Below, one piece after another: positions 30,028 through 38,746 of a stretch of DNA of 64,000 bases. Both the position numbers and the translations under genes were made by a program. The notes beneath the pieces are model-generated. The model was not told the DNA's origin. It saw only the letters and a list, made by a program, of their open reading frames with translations, and did no database searches. Positions within the stretch are counted from its first letter, which is position 1; each line of letters starts with the position of its first letter. Source of the stretch: Candidatus Magasanikiibacteriota bacterium (GTDB taxonomy: Bacteria; Patescibacteriota; Patescibacteriia; Magasanikbacterales; UBA922); NCBI GenBank assembly GCA_052033375.1, contig JBPOJQ010000013.1:2255-66254 (forward strand), read 5' to 3'.

Positions 30028-30603
30028 TTATTCTAACATTTTTCTTCGTACCAACAACAGCACCACAAAAGCTCCATTCATGATAATAAGAGAACTCGGG
30101 TATAGCCACGTGGCAAGAGAAAAGGAGTTAAGTGCGATAATTCCAAAAATCCATTTAACACTACTGAACGTATACATAATCGCTGTTTCTTCGTGTGGAT
30201 AGTGATAACCCTTTCGGAAGGTTGGCAAGAAGCCGATTGCGTCAGTAATCGTAATTAATACTACTGACCATGTAGGATCACTGGTAAATTTCCACAGTAA
30301 CATCGATACACATGCAGAGGCTAAACAAAGCCAATCAAACAAACTAAATGTTCGTTTTCCTTTAAATAACGCTAGAAAGAAAATAGTGAAACAAACTAAC
30401 GACGAAAATCCAGTTACCCATGCTCCAGCTCCTGCGTTTTCGGTAACTTGCGCAGCAAATGCGATACCGGTTAGTATTCCCCATACGAGCCAAGAAAATG
30501 CATGCGGTTTTGTCTGATTTTTAATAATATCCCGAAAATATGGAACATAGCCAATGAATGCAAGTATCGTAGCAATATATCCAAATGCAATTTTATAGTC
30601 CAT
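30028..30603 (-). CDS. Polytopic membrane protein with two PQ-loop/MtN3-like repeats (SWEET-like), paralog of 42056..42649
   Basis: 191 aa with 6-7 TM helices. The first repeat is GYVPYFRDIIKNQTKPHAFSWLVWG and the second is GFLPTFRKGYHYPHEETAIMY. Clear similarity to the 42056 gene. Confidence 0.55.
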   Translation of the reverse strand: MDYKIAFGYIATILAFIGYVPYFRDIIKNQTKPHAFSWLVWGILTGIAFAAQVTENAGAGAWVTGFSSLVCFTIFFLALFKGKRTFSLFDWLCLASACVSMLLWKFTSDPTWSVVLITITDAIGFLPTFRKGYHYPHEETAIMYTFSSVKWIFGIIALNSFSLATWLYPSSLIIMNGAFVVLLLVRRKMLE

Positions 30604-30739
30604 ATTGCCTTATTCTACACGAGATCAAAAAATTATGAAAACAAAAACAACCCAGTATCTGAGTTGTTTTTGATGGAACCGCGTTTGCACTCGACTCCAC
30701 CAGGCACACCGCGGTTGAATGTACCCGTTGTCTCAGATG

Positions 30740-31399
30740 TCAGGTTCGGCGACGAAAGATGAATAGACTGTCGACCACACCTCTCTTGGTCGGCAGGCTG
30801 GGCAGATGTGCGTTGCCTCTCGTTCTCACCGCGATCAGCGCCCGATAGGCTTCGAACACCGACTTGTACTGAGTGATGCCAGCTCTCGACAGGAGTAACT
30901 TCAAGAAACTGTACGACTTCGTCTGCTTCAGTTGCTCATCATTCTCCACGGTCTCCCATGCGAGCTGGAGATCAGACGTGTCGACGGTTGCACCACCACC
31001 CATGCCGTCCGAATCGACTCTCGCGACTTCCTCAAAATCTGAATCGTTGTGGAGCCTGGTAGCCACCTCCCACCAGTTGTTGCACACCACGAACCCCGGA
31101 GTGTTGAGGCAGTCGAGTGGACGAGAAGGCAGTGGTGAATTCCTGGCGAAAATCACGTCAGCGAGTTCGGGAAGGGTGAAGTTTTCGACATCTGACTCGT
31201 ACGCTTCATACCCTCGCTCCACCATATTCGACACCACTTTCGGATCAATGTCGAGATAGATGACACGTGCATCAGGGAACATATGCGTCGGCGCATCGTC
31301 ATCGCCACATCCGGGATAGTAGACGACCCGGACCGTGACGCTGATCGACGCGAAGTACGCCTGAATTGCCTTGACCTGGTTACTGTAATTGTCTTGCAT
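30740..31399 (-). CDS. Hypothetical cytoplasmic protein in a high-GC patch with a strong SD
   Basis: A GGAGG sits 7 nt upstream of the ATG at 31399 (MQDNYSNQ...). GC is well above the flanks. The track ORF start at 31447 lies upstream of the SD. Confidence 0.6.
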   Translation of the reverse strand: MQDNYSNQVKAIQAYFASISVTVRVVYYPGCGDDDAPTHMFPDARVIYLDIDPKVVSNMVERGYEAYESDVENFTLPELADVIFARNSPLPSRPLDCLNTPGFVVCNNWWEVATRLHNDSDFEEVARVDSDGMGGGATVDTSDLQLAWETVENDEQLKQTKSYSFLKLLLSRAGITQYKSVFEAYRALIAVRTRGNAHLPSLPTKRGVVDSLFIFRRRT

Positions 31400-31496
31400 G
31401 TTTTTTCCTCCGAAAGGGAAGGTACAGAAAAAAGAGATGCTCGTCAATGGCGTACGCCCACATGATATAGTTTTGATTTAAGTCAACGTTATGGAT

Positions 31497-31525
31497 TTAA
31501 AAACACCCGCTGGGGGTGTTTTTTT
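31497..31525 (+). terminator. Hairpin AAAAACACCC-GCTGGG-GGTGTTTTTTT (bidirectional)
   Basis: It sits between the convergent ends of the 30740 gene and the PEP-utilising enzyme gene. Confidence 0.6.
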
Positions 31526-31536
31526 ATTTATACACT

Positions 31537-33537
31537 CTACACCATCTCTATTTCTCCTGTCTTTCCATCTATTTGAACCATGGTACCAACCAATGTACTA
31601 TCAACTTCTGAATGGATGATGACCGGCATTTTTCTTTCTCGCGCGATGATTGCAAGATGCGACAGCATGCCCCCGCGCTTGGCACAAATTCCCTGTATAC
31701 GATCGAAATATTCAGTGAGTGACGGTGACAGTGTGTCTACCAATAATATGATGTTTTTTTCTGAAAATTTCTCTATAGAAGACATGTTGAGGAGAACTCC
31801 CTTTCCAATTCCTTCGGACACACCCATTCCTTTTTCAATATTCTTTTCAGCATATACTGAAGTGATAAGTGTATCTGTGTATTCAGGTAGATTATTGAAT
31901 ACTTTTTTTCTTTCTGCAATAACAGCATGATCAATAGCACCTGTAGCAAGTTCATCAAGTGTGACAAATAGATATTCATCTCGAGACAAATCTGCTCCTT
32001 TTGCAAGTTCTCGCAGTTTTGAAATATAGACTATAGTAATCCACCTTCCCATTTCACGTATACGTTCACCCTCTCTTGCAGCATTAATCTTACGTTCAAG
32101 ATATTTCTTTTTGCCGACTGAAAGTGTGTCGAGCCATGTCGCCACTACGTCATTTTTTGCATAATTCTTTAGCGGACCAATTGAAAATGTGGAAGTGTCT
32201 GAAATATCCAACCCATTTCCTGTGAGCCTCGGTAATTCCTTCTGTAATTCTGTATACTCTTCATCCAATTCAGAGCTACCTCTTAGCACGTCCAGCACAC
32301 TTACTGACTCTTTTTTCAATAAGATTTTCAGATACCCAAGAGACGTGCTCGCACACAAATTCGCATTGAATACATCCTGATACGCTACGGTAAATCGTTC
32401 TATCCATTCTTCAATAGTTGAGATATGTTCTACACGTCTCACATGTGTAGAAAAATTCTGTACAATTGGACGTGATTTTACATTAAGCACTGAAAGCTTC
32501 ACTAGATTTCGTATGGTTCGTATTACTCCTGATTGGAGTTTAAACGATTGTTTTCCTGTTTGTATGTTTACAATATAAGATGGTAGCAGTGTTTTAATTT
32601 CTTTTACATTATCAATATAGAGGGATTTTCCGAGTAAGGTAAAAAAATCTGTGTCCTTGTATTGTATTCTGTGTATTCTGTACGCTTGCGCAACTGGCCC
32701 CGTATCGCCGTAAATATACTCGAACAGGCTCATTGCTAAGGGATAGGGCACCCCAACAATATCTGTAATGTCATTTTTTACATATCGGTAGTCCGTGTCT
32801 CTTGGTAATGTTGATTCAAGCGAAATAATCTTTTCGTACTGGTCAGTGGTAATAGTCGTAATCGGACGAGACTGTACTACGTACCATACTCCATCTTTGA
32901 TACACCACTCAATATCCTGCGGATGTCCTGCCGTATCCTCCAATACCCTGAACGTCTTTTTCATGCCCTCCCAATTTGGTAGTTTGATTGGCGTGTGTTC
33001 CTGCCAATAAGCCTTGATGGTTTTTGGAGTGACCGCACCTGATACTAATAACTCCCCTGCTCCTTCATGATACTCTAGTACAAATTCTCTTCCTCCGTCT
33101 GGACTTCGGGTAAACAATACACCGGATATATCAGGATCAATATATTCTTGAATAATAATTGAAAATGATGATAATTTTCCGTTTAGATATGTTTTTGCAT
33201 GACGAATAACTTCTTGCAGTGCTTCTGCGATATTCGCTTCAAAAATATTACCCTTACTCATGAATTGACCTGCGTGCGATGATTCTTGTGCATCTTCAAT
33301 AAGCGCATTTGAGCGGATAATATAACGTTTTGCATGCAGAAGTTTTATCACTTCTTGTGCAACAGATTCATATATATCGTGTTTTGCAATGTCTACAATC
33401 TTTTTTGGGGGGATAACGACAAAAGCTGGAACGTTACACCAATTTGTTTGAAGCAATCGTAATCCTCTGGCTTTTCCTCCCCATTGTTTTGCAGGAATAC
33501 GATCCAGCTCTTCACTTACATAACAAAACTCATTCAT
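31537..33537 (-). CDS. PEP-utilising enzyme family phosphotransferase (PPDK-type N-terminal ATP-grasp domain plus C-terminal phosphohistidine swivel domain), similar in architecture to rifampin phosphotransferase
   Basis: The N-terminus WGGKARGLRLL matches the PEP synthase/PPDK nucleotide-binding domain. The C-terminus GICAKRGGMLSHLAIIARERKMPVI is the mobile His-domain signature. Confidence 0.75.
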   Translation of the reverse strand: MNEFCYVSEELDRIPAKQWGGKARGLRLLQTNWCNVPAFVVIPPKKIVDIAKHDIYESVAQEVIKLLHAKRYIIRSNALIEDAQESSHAGQFMSKGNIFEANIAEALQEVIRHAKTYLNGKLSSFSIIIQEYIDPDISGVLFTRSPDGGREFVLEYHEGAGELLVSGAVTPKTIKAYWQEHTPIKLPNWEGMKKTFRVLEDTAGHPQDIEWCIKDGVWYVVQSRPITTITTDQYEKIISLESTLPRDTDYRYVKNDITDIVGVPYPLAMSLFEYIYGDTGPVAQAYRIHRIQYKDTDFFTLLGKSLYIDNVKEIKTLLPSYIVNIQTGKQSFKLQSGVIRTIRNLVKLSVLNVKSRPIVQNFSTHVRRVEHISTIEEWIERFTVAYQDVFNANLCASTSLGYLKILLKKESVSVLDVLRGSSELDEEYTELQKELPRLTGNGLDISDTSTFSIGPLKNYAKNDVVATWLDTLSVGKKKYLERKINAAREGERIREMGRWITIVYISKLRELAKGADLSRDEYLFVTLDELATGAIDHAVIAERKKVFNNLPEYTDTLITSVYAEKNIEKGMGVSEGIGKGVLLNMSSIEKFSEKNIILLVDTLSPSLTEYFDRIQGICAKRGGMLSHLAIIARERKMPVIIHSEVDSTLVGTMVQIDGKTGEIEMV

Positions 33538-34883
33538 AATGATTCAGTGCCATCATAGAATGTTCTTCCCAAAAATGTATGTCCTTGTCTCTCAAGCTCG
33601 ATTCCCACCAACCGAGCATCAAAACAATCAACATAATTATCACACACCACAATAATTTTACTTTCAGGAGGAACTACAGATAGAATAGCATCCATTTGAC
33701 GTGTCGGCGTGTGCATAATCCTCAGTGGGATACCCCCTGCCAATGGTTTTTCTCGTGTTGTTGAAGGTTCTCGACTATCTATCAATACTACTCCCTCTTT
33801 TTTCAAATCAATTACTTGTTGTGAGGTAAATAGTTTTGAATACCGTTCTGCTTCATATACCGCACCAAACGATAACTCCCCTTCCCACCGCCCACCACTT
33901 TCAACCCATCCCTTTGCCCCATCTTTGAGGTAATACGCGTCAATACCTTTTGAACGAAGAAATGTAACCACCATGCTTCCACGAATCCCTGACCAACAAA
34001 AAACATACACAGGCACATCTTTCGGTAATTCTATCCATTGACCTCCTTCATCAAGATCCGCAAACTTTATATGCGTACTGCTCGGATAATGACCATACTC
34101 ATATTCTATTTGCTCACGCGCATCGAGTACAAATACTGTACTTGTTGTCTGTGTAATTTGTGCAAACAACTCATTAGTTATTTCGTGAGTTACTGTTGTG
34201 TCTATCGATGCTGTACCATTCCCCAGTTCTACAATATCTGCAGAATCCAGCGTGAGTGGATTTCCGCTTTGATCTAGAACAAGCGTCGTTAAGATTCCAT
34301 AGGTGGTCTCAGTTGAACCTTCGACCAGAACTACTCTCACTGAATACGTATATGGATCCATTTTTTCCACTTTCTCAACACGAGTATTTGTAACACTTGC
34401 ATACACAGATGCAAATTCTTCATATGTGCTTTGTTTTGCAGTCATCGCATATGCTGTAGTTAAATCTCCTATAGCAATATATTCGTAATACAGACGTATA
34501 AATGCACTCGCTGTAGCATCTTGTGCATCTTCTTTCTCTTTCTTTTCTTCCATTTTTTGAGTATATGTCTCCTGTTGAACTAAAATCTGTGCGTTTATTT
34601 TTTCCAATTGTTTGCGTTGAAAATGTAGATCAATTCCATATGCGACACCAAGGGAAATAGTGAAGATTCCCAAAATGCTAAAAATAATAATGATGTATTT
34701 ATGAGAAATCAGCCGACGGATAAACTGAAATGATACAGTAAAGCCAGTCACAAGAAATGCAAAAATCCAACCAAAAATAGGAACAATTTGAGATGTAATC
34801 TGCACAATAAATTCAGGCGGGGGTACTGCACGCGTAATTCCAGGAACGAAGAGTAAGACGAGTACCAAACAAAGGTAAATCAT
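33534..34883 (-). CDS. Membrane-anchored tandem rhodanese-domain protein (putative sulfurtransferase)
   Basis: Two N-terminal TMs. Rhodanese motifs YVFCWSGIRGSMVVTFLRSKG and IIVVCDNYVDCFDARLVGIELE are present. There is a 4-nt overlap with the upstream gene. Confidence 0.7.
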   Translation of the reverse strand: MIYLCLVLVLLFVPGITRAVPPPEFIVQITSQIVPIFGWIFAFLVTGFTVSFQFIRRLISHKYIIIIFSILGIFTISLGVAYGIDLHFQRKQLEKINAQILVQQETYTQKMEEKKEKEDAQDATASAFIRLYYEYIAIGDLTTAYAMTAKQSTYEEFASVYASVTNTRVEKVEKMDPYTYSVRVVLVEGSTETTYGILTTLVLDQSGNPLTLDSADIVELGNGTASIDTTVTHEITNELFAQITQTTSTVFVLDAREQIEYEYGHYPSSTHIKFADLDEGGQWIELPKDVPVYVFCWSGIRGSMVVTFLRSKGIDAYYLKDGAKGWVESGGRWEGELSFGAVYEAERYSKLFTSQQVIDLKKEGVVLIDSREPSTTREKPLAGGIPLRIMHTPTRQMDAILSVVPPESKIIVVCDNYVDCFDARLVGIELERQGHTFLGRTFYDGTESL

Positions 34884-35131
34884 GAAATTTTTGTAATTAT
34901 GTACTATATTTTAGCTTAAATTACTAAACATCGCAATTTATTGGGTTACCCACGACAGTCTCTCATTTCCCATAGAAACATACCCCCGACCGAGAGACGC
35001 CCACTCAGAAAACAGGCGATACGACTATTGAAAAAAACACCGTACTGTAGTACATTTCTCAATGTAGAGGTCAGTCTAGGAACAACTCTCCTGACCTACC
35101 AATTCACACACCTCAGAGGAGGTAACGCAAC

Positions 35132-35824
35132 ATGACGCGACGTGTTTTCCGCCTGTTCATTCTCATGGTATCACTCTTCTCCATGAGTGACTGCACGACT
35201 GACCGTCCAGGTCCCCAACCCGTGATCGTGAGCAATGCTTCGATCACGAAGATCAGCGAGCTCATCCAGGCTCGATGCTCCACGGGCGCCGACATCGTCA
35301 CACAGTCACTCAGAAACATCAATCTTCCGCAAGGACCTGATACATACGAAGTGTTCGCAAGTCACGAATTCACCAACTGCAAGAAAGGCAGGAAAGTCCG
35401 ATTCACGTCCCTCATCTACGAAATGCGCGCGGAACGTGTATTTCCCAATGGAAAGACCGTGCCCCTGGATCTCGTACAGAGCGACCAGATCATTCGGGTG
35501 AAGAAAATCATGAGCAATGACTTCAGCACAGGAATCGACATCACGCCGCAGCTGATGGATAGCCGAGCACACATCACTATCCGCGTGACGCCACACCCAC
35601 GTTCACCTGGAACAACAGTGGGTATTCCAATGGATCGCGACACCTGGACATTCAGTCTGCTCGGACGATTCAACCGCGAACAGTGCCAAACACCCTGTGC
35701 AGATATCTATGCCACCCGACTCACGTCTATCCAGGCAGTCGATGAGAATGGAAAGAATCTGCTATTCACGCCGATCGATGACACTGCGTTCACTCTGCAT
35801 ATTGCGGGTGACTACCGCAACTGA
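35132..35824 (+). CDS. Putative lipoprotein in a high-GC patch
   Basis: Signal peptide MTRRVFRLFILMVSLFSMSDC ends in Cys. A GGAGG SD sits 7 nt upstream. GC is about 55%. A terminator lies about 70 nt downstream. Confidence 0.65.
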   Translation: MTRRVFRLFILMVSLFSMSDCTTDRPGPQPVIVSNASITKISELIQARCSTGADIVTQSLRNINLPQGPDTYEVFASHEFTNCKKGRKVRFTSLIYEMRAERVFPNGKTVPLDLVQSDQIIRVKKIMSNDFSTGIDITPQLMDSRAHITIRVTPHPRSPGTTVGIPMDRDTWTFSLLGRFNREQCQTPCADIYATRLTSIQAVDENGKNLLFTPIDDTAFTLHIAGDYRN

Positions 35825-35889
35825 GGTTTCGAGCTCTTCTGTGGACTCACACCCACCGAGAGCTCGTACCTATTATATTCATAAACACC

Positions 35890-35915
35890 ACTCAAAAAAT
35901 GAGGGTGTTTTTGTT
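35890..35915 (+). terminator. Hairpin ACACCACTCA-A6-TGAGGGTGTTTTT
   Basis: An imperfect stem with a T-run. It shares the ACACC/GGTGT stem core with three other terminators in the window. Confidence 0.55.
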
Positions 35916-35923
35916 ATACTTAT

Positions 35924-36676
35924 TTATTCTGTAAATTTCCCTTCATCCAAGAAATGTACCACGGCATCCAATACTTCAGGAGCGTTCATAATCCAGGTAT
36001 GTTCTTTTGGGACAACCAAAAAATCCTGTACTCCATCGAGTTGCGCTTGTTCTGGTGATACCTTTTCATCATACGCACCCGCAATAATTCCCACTTCATA
36101 TGTCGGAATAGGCAATGTATTCACCAAACTCTTTTCGTCAGTGGTGAGTTCCTCAAGCGCAGGTCCCATCACACGACCGATCAGTGTACTCCCAATCCAT
36201 CGATCCGCGAGTTTACTTCCCTTGTTTGGCGGAGCGAGCATGACGAGTCGATGCATGCCTTCCAGTTCGTGGTGTGCCAAAAAATATCGAACCATGATTC
36301 CTCCCATTGAATGCGTCACAAAATTAATTCGTTTATTTGCATCCGTATATTGCTCTTCCACGAGTGGTTTCAATTTTTCCTCTACCAAATCTTCAATACT
36401 TCCACGAGTCCCCGGATAATTGATATTTATGACTCGATACCCCTCATGCGCAAGACGCACCCCCATCCGCTGCATTGAGAGCGAGGTCCTCCCAAGACCA
36501 TGTAACAAGACTACGTACTCACCTTCATTTTTGAGAGAGTGCCTAATTATGCTGTCATTACGCAACACATATATACCACACAGGAGTATGGTAATTGCAA
36601 TACCGATGCATATAACACTAATAATTTTCTTCATAAGATTTGATTGTACCATAGCCCGCACATATATGTTAAGCAT
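35924..36676 (-). CDS. Alpha/beta hydrolase (lipase/esterase, GxSxG) with an N-terminal TM anchor
   Basis: NFVTHSMGGIMVRYF contains the nucleophile elbow GHSMG. The N-terminal anchor is ISVICIGIAITILLCGIYVL. Confidence 0.75.
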   Translation of the reverse strand: MLNIYVRAMVQSNLMKKIISVICIGIAITILLCGIYVLRNDSIIRHSLKNEGEYVVLLHGLGRTSLSMQRMGVRLAHEGYRVININYPGTRGSIEDLVEEKLKPLVEEQYTDANKRINFVTHSMGGIMVRYFLAHHELEGMHRLVMLAPPNKGSKLADRWIGSTLIGRVMGPALEELTTDEKSLVNTLPIPTYEVGIIAGAYDEKVSPEQAQLDGVQDFLVVPKEHTWIMNAPEVLDAVVHFLDEGKFTE

Positions 36677-37302
36677 GAAGAATACCCATTGTTCTTCATT
36701 AGTAAGTATCTCATACTCTTATGCTCCTACAAAAAAATCCGTACCATTTCTGGTACAGATTTTTTTGTTTCATACTACTCCTATAAGCCGAATTTTGTAT
36801 CCCGACATAGTCGGGACGACGATCATTTCTCTAGTCTTACTGTTGCCAGTAAAATCATGAACGAGCTAACTTTTCGAATCCCAAATTGCTTTGGAAAACG
36901 CTGCTCTTTCTTCAGGTAGGGTTTGCCATCAATCTGTCTCGCGACAGAGGAAGTATCGTAGTATTGATACAGATGCATATGCGGACCGATCAATACACCA
37001 ATACACTTTTCACCTTTCATCGCATAGCGATTAGTATAGTCTCTGTGGCACTTTCCCGTCAGAACATTTTGCAATGCCTGAGGTGGGTGTTACCCACTAC
37101 CTTTTTTCTTATCTACTTGGTAGACAAGAGAAGTTCGGACTTTCCTCCCTTCTTCGCTCTTCACTGTGTTCAAGCTTCATACAGACCAGTACTCTCGTAT
37201 TCACAAACATATACGGTGTGTCTGGTGTGGCTCTAAACGTAATGAAGAACGAAGTCAGGCGATCATCCAGAGTAATACGAAACAGTGAGAGAATACCATA
37301 AA

Positions 37303-37330
37303 AAAACGGTCTTGTCAACCGTTTATCAAC
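37303..37330 (-). terminator. Rho-independent terminator downstream of the lipid kinase gene
   Basis: The minus strand reads AAACGGTTGACAAGACCGTTTTTTTATGG. Confidence 0.6.
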
Positions 37331-37407
37331 TACCAATGAACAAAAAACAAGAAGCAATAAATTCAATTCTTTACATTCCACTATGTGTATTTTCTATATA
37401 ATCAATA

Positions 37408-38169
37408 CTAAAACTTTCGCTCTTTTCCGACCACCATATCGATTCTACTCTTTGCGAGCCTGATCGTAATCTTCACCTCTTTCGTTATCTTTCCATCCGC
37501 TTCGACAGAGAATGGTTTTTTACTCGACACAATCATTTCTTCAAATGGAAAGATACTCGGTTCTTCAAATTGTTCTTTCTTAAAAAATCCCCCAGTCACT
37601 ACTGGCCGCAAAAAAGCTTCAAGTTTGTTATCTTGAGGATGTGCGATATAGCGTTTTCCTTTTCCCGTCCAGACAAAAGGTTTCAAATTACATACCACCA
37701 ACTCCATTTTTCCACTCGTGGTGGAAACATTAAAACGTTCATCGTATTGAATCGAAATATTACTTGGTGGAATGTGGAGTTGGGAAATAAAATACCGATT
37801 ATTAATCCAGCCTACATCCAAACGCAGCCGTCTACGGCGAGCAAGTGTATCGCAGGCATCAATTCCAATCGGAATACCCAATACTTCTGCAATGCTATTA
37901 TCTGGGCCTAACGGAATAAATGCAAAAGTAATATCATAAGAGGCCACATATGAAAGCACATGACCAAAGGTAGTATCATTTCCCACAATCACAATCGTCT
38001 TTGCCCCACGACGAATTTCTTCTTGAATCAGTAATTCAGAAGATGAATATTGTTGGAGACGAATAATTTTTCCTGCGATGCCGTAATCAGTGAGACGAGT
38101 TTCGAGTGCTTTAAGCACCGTCTCATATCGCCGGTGCCTCAAAAAGTTGTCGTAGAGATAGACATACAT
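37408..38169 (-). CDS. Diacylglycerol kinase catalytic-domain lipid kinase (YegS/BmrU-like)
   Basis: IVIVGNDTTFGHVLSYV corresponds to GGDGT, and PLGPDNSIAEVLGIP to PLGTGNDFAR. Confidence 0.75.
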   Translation of the reverse strand: MYVYLYDNFLRHRRYETVLKALETRLTDYGIAGKIIRLQQYSSSELLIQEEIRRGAKTIVIVGNDTTFGHVLSYVASYDITFAFIPLGPDNSIAEVLGIPIGIDACDTLARRRRLRLDVGWINNRYFISQLHIPPSNISIQYDERFNVSTTSGKMELVVCNLKPFVWTGKGKRYIAHPQDNKLEAFLRPVVTGGFFKKEQFEEPSIFPFEEMIVSSKKPFSVEADGKITKEVKITIRLAKSRIDMVVGKERKF

Positions 38170-38202
38170 ACCACCAAGTCAACAAGAGTAACTCCTAGTT
38201 TC

Positions 38203-38682
38203 TTACACCATCTCCTCGGTAGTTTCTTCAGGCATCAATTCTATTTTTGATTTGGTTCGAGTAGTCGTTCGTTTTCTTTCTGGACGAATATCTTCGATTT
38301 CAATATCAGTCATGGTCACTTTCCCATGTATAATAGCTCCTGACTCCACTTCGAGTACTCTGCAATAAATATCCCCGAGAACGCGCGCACTTTGTGTCAA
38401 TTCCAATTTTTCTTCTACTCGCATATTACCCTTTACTTCCCCGGCGACGAGGGCATCATTTGCTTTTACATTTGCCAATATTTTTGCGCCTTCTTCAACC
38501 GTCAAAAGTCTCCCTGTCTGCACATTTCCTGATACAGTACCTTTGACTAGGATATTCCCTTCTGAAGAGAAGTCCCCTTCGACTACTACTGACGGACCAA
38601 CGACGGTCTCGATTTCATCAGCTTGAGTACGTATAGTATTCATTGGTTGTGGTGTAGGCATATCTGAAGAACTTTTAAACAT
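38203..38682 (-). CDS. Bactofilin (polymer-forming cytoskeletal protein, DUF583)
   Basis: Repetitive beta-helix pattern VVGPSVVVEGDFSSEGNILVKGTVSGNV...ANDALVAGEVKGNMRVEEKLEL and a charged C-terminal tail are present. Confidence 0.85.
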   Translation of the reverse strand: MFKSSSDMPTPQPMNTIRTQADEIETVVGPSVVVEGDFSSEGNILVKGTVSGNVQTGRLLTVEEGAKILANVKANDALVAGEVKGNMRVEEKLELTQSARVLGDIYCRVLEVESGAIIHGKVTMTDIEIEDIRPERKRTTTRTKSKIELMPEETTEEMV

Positions 38683-38746
38683 AGGTGCACATTAGTGTTA
38701 AGGACGATTGGGGTAGTATATACAATTTTCTACCATTTCGCAAGAA

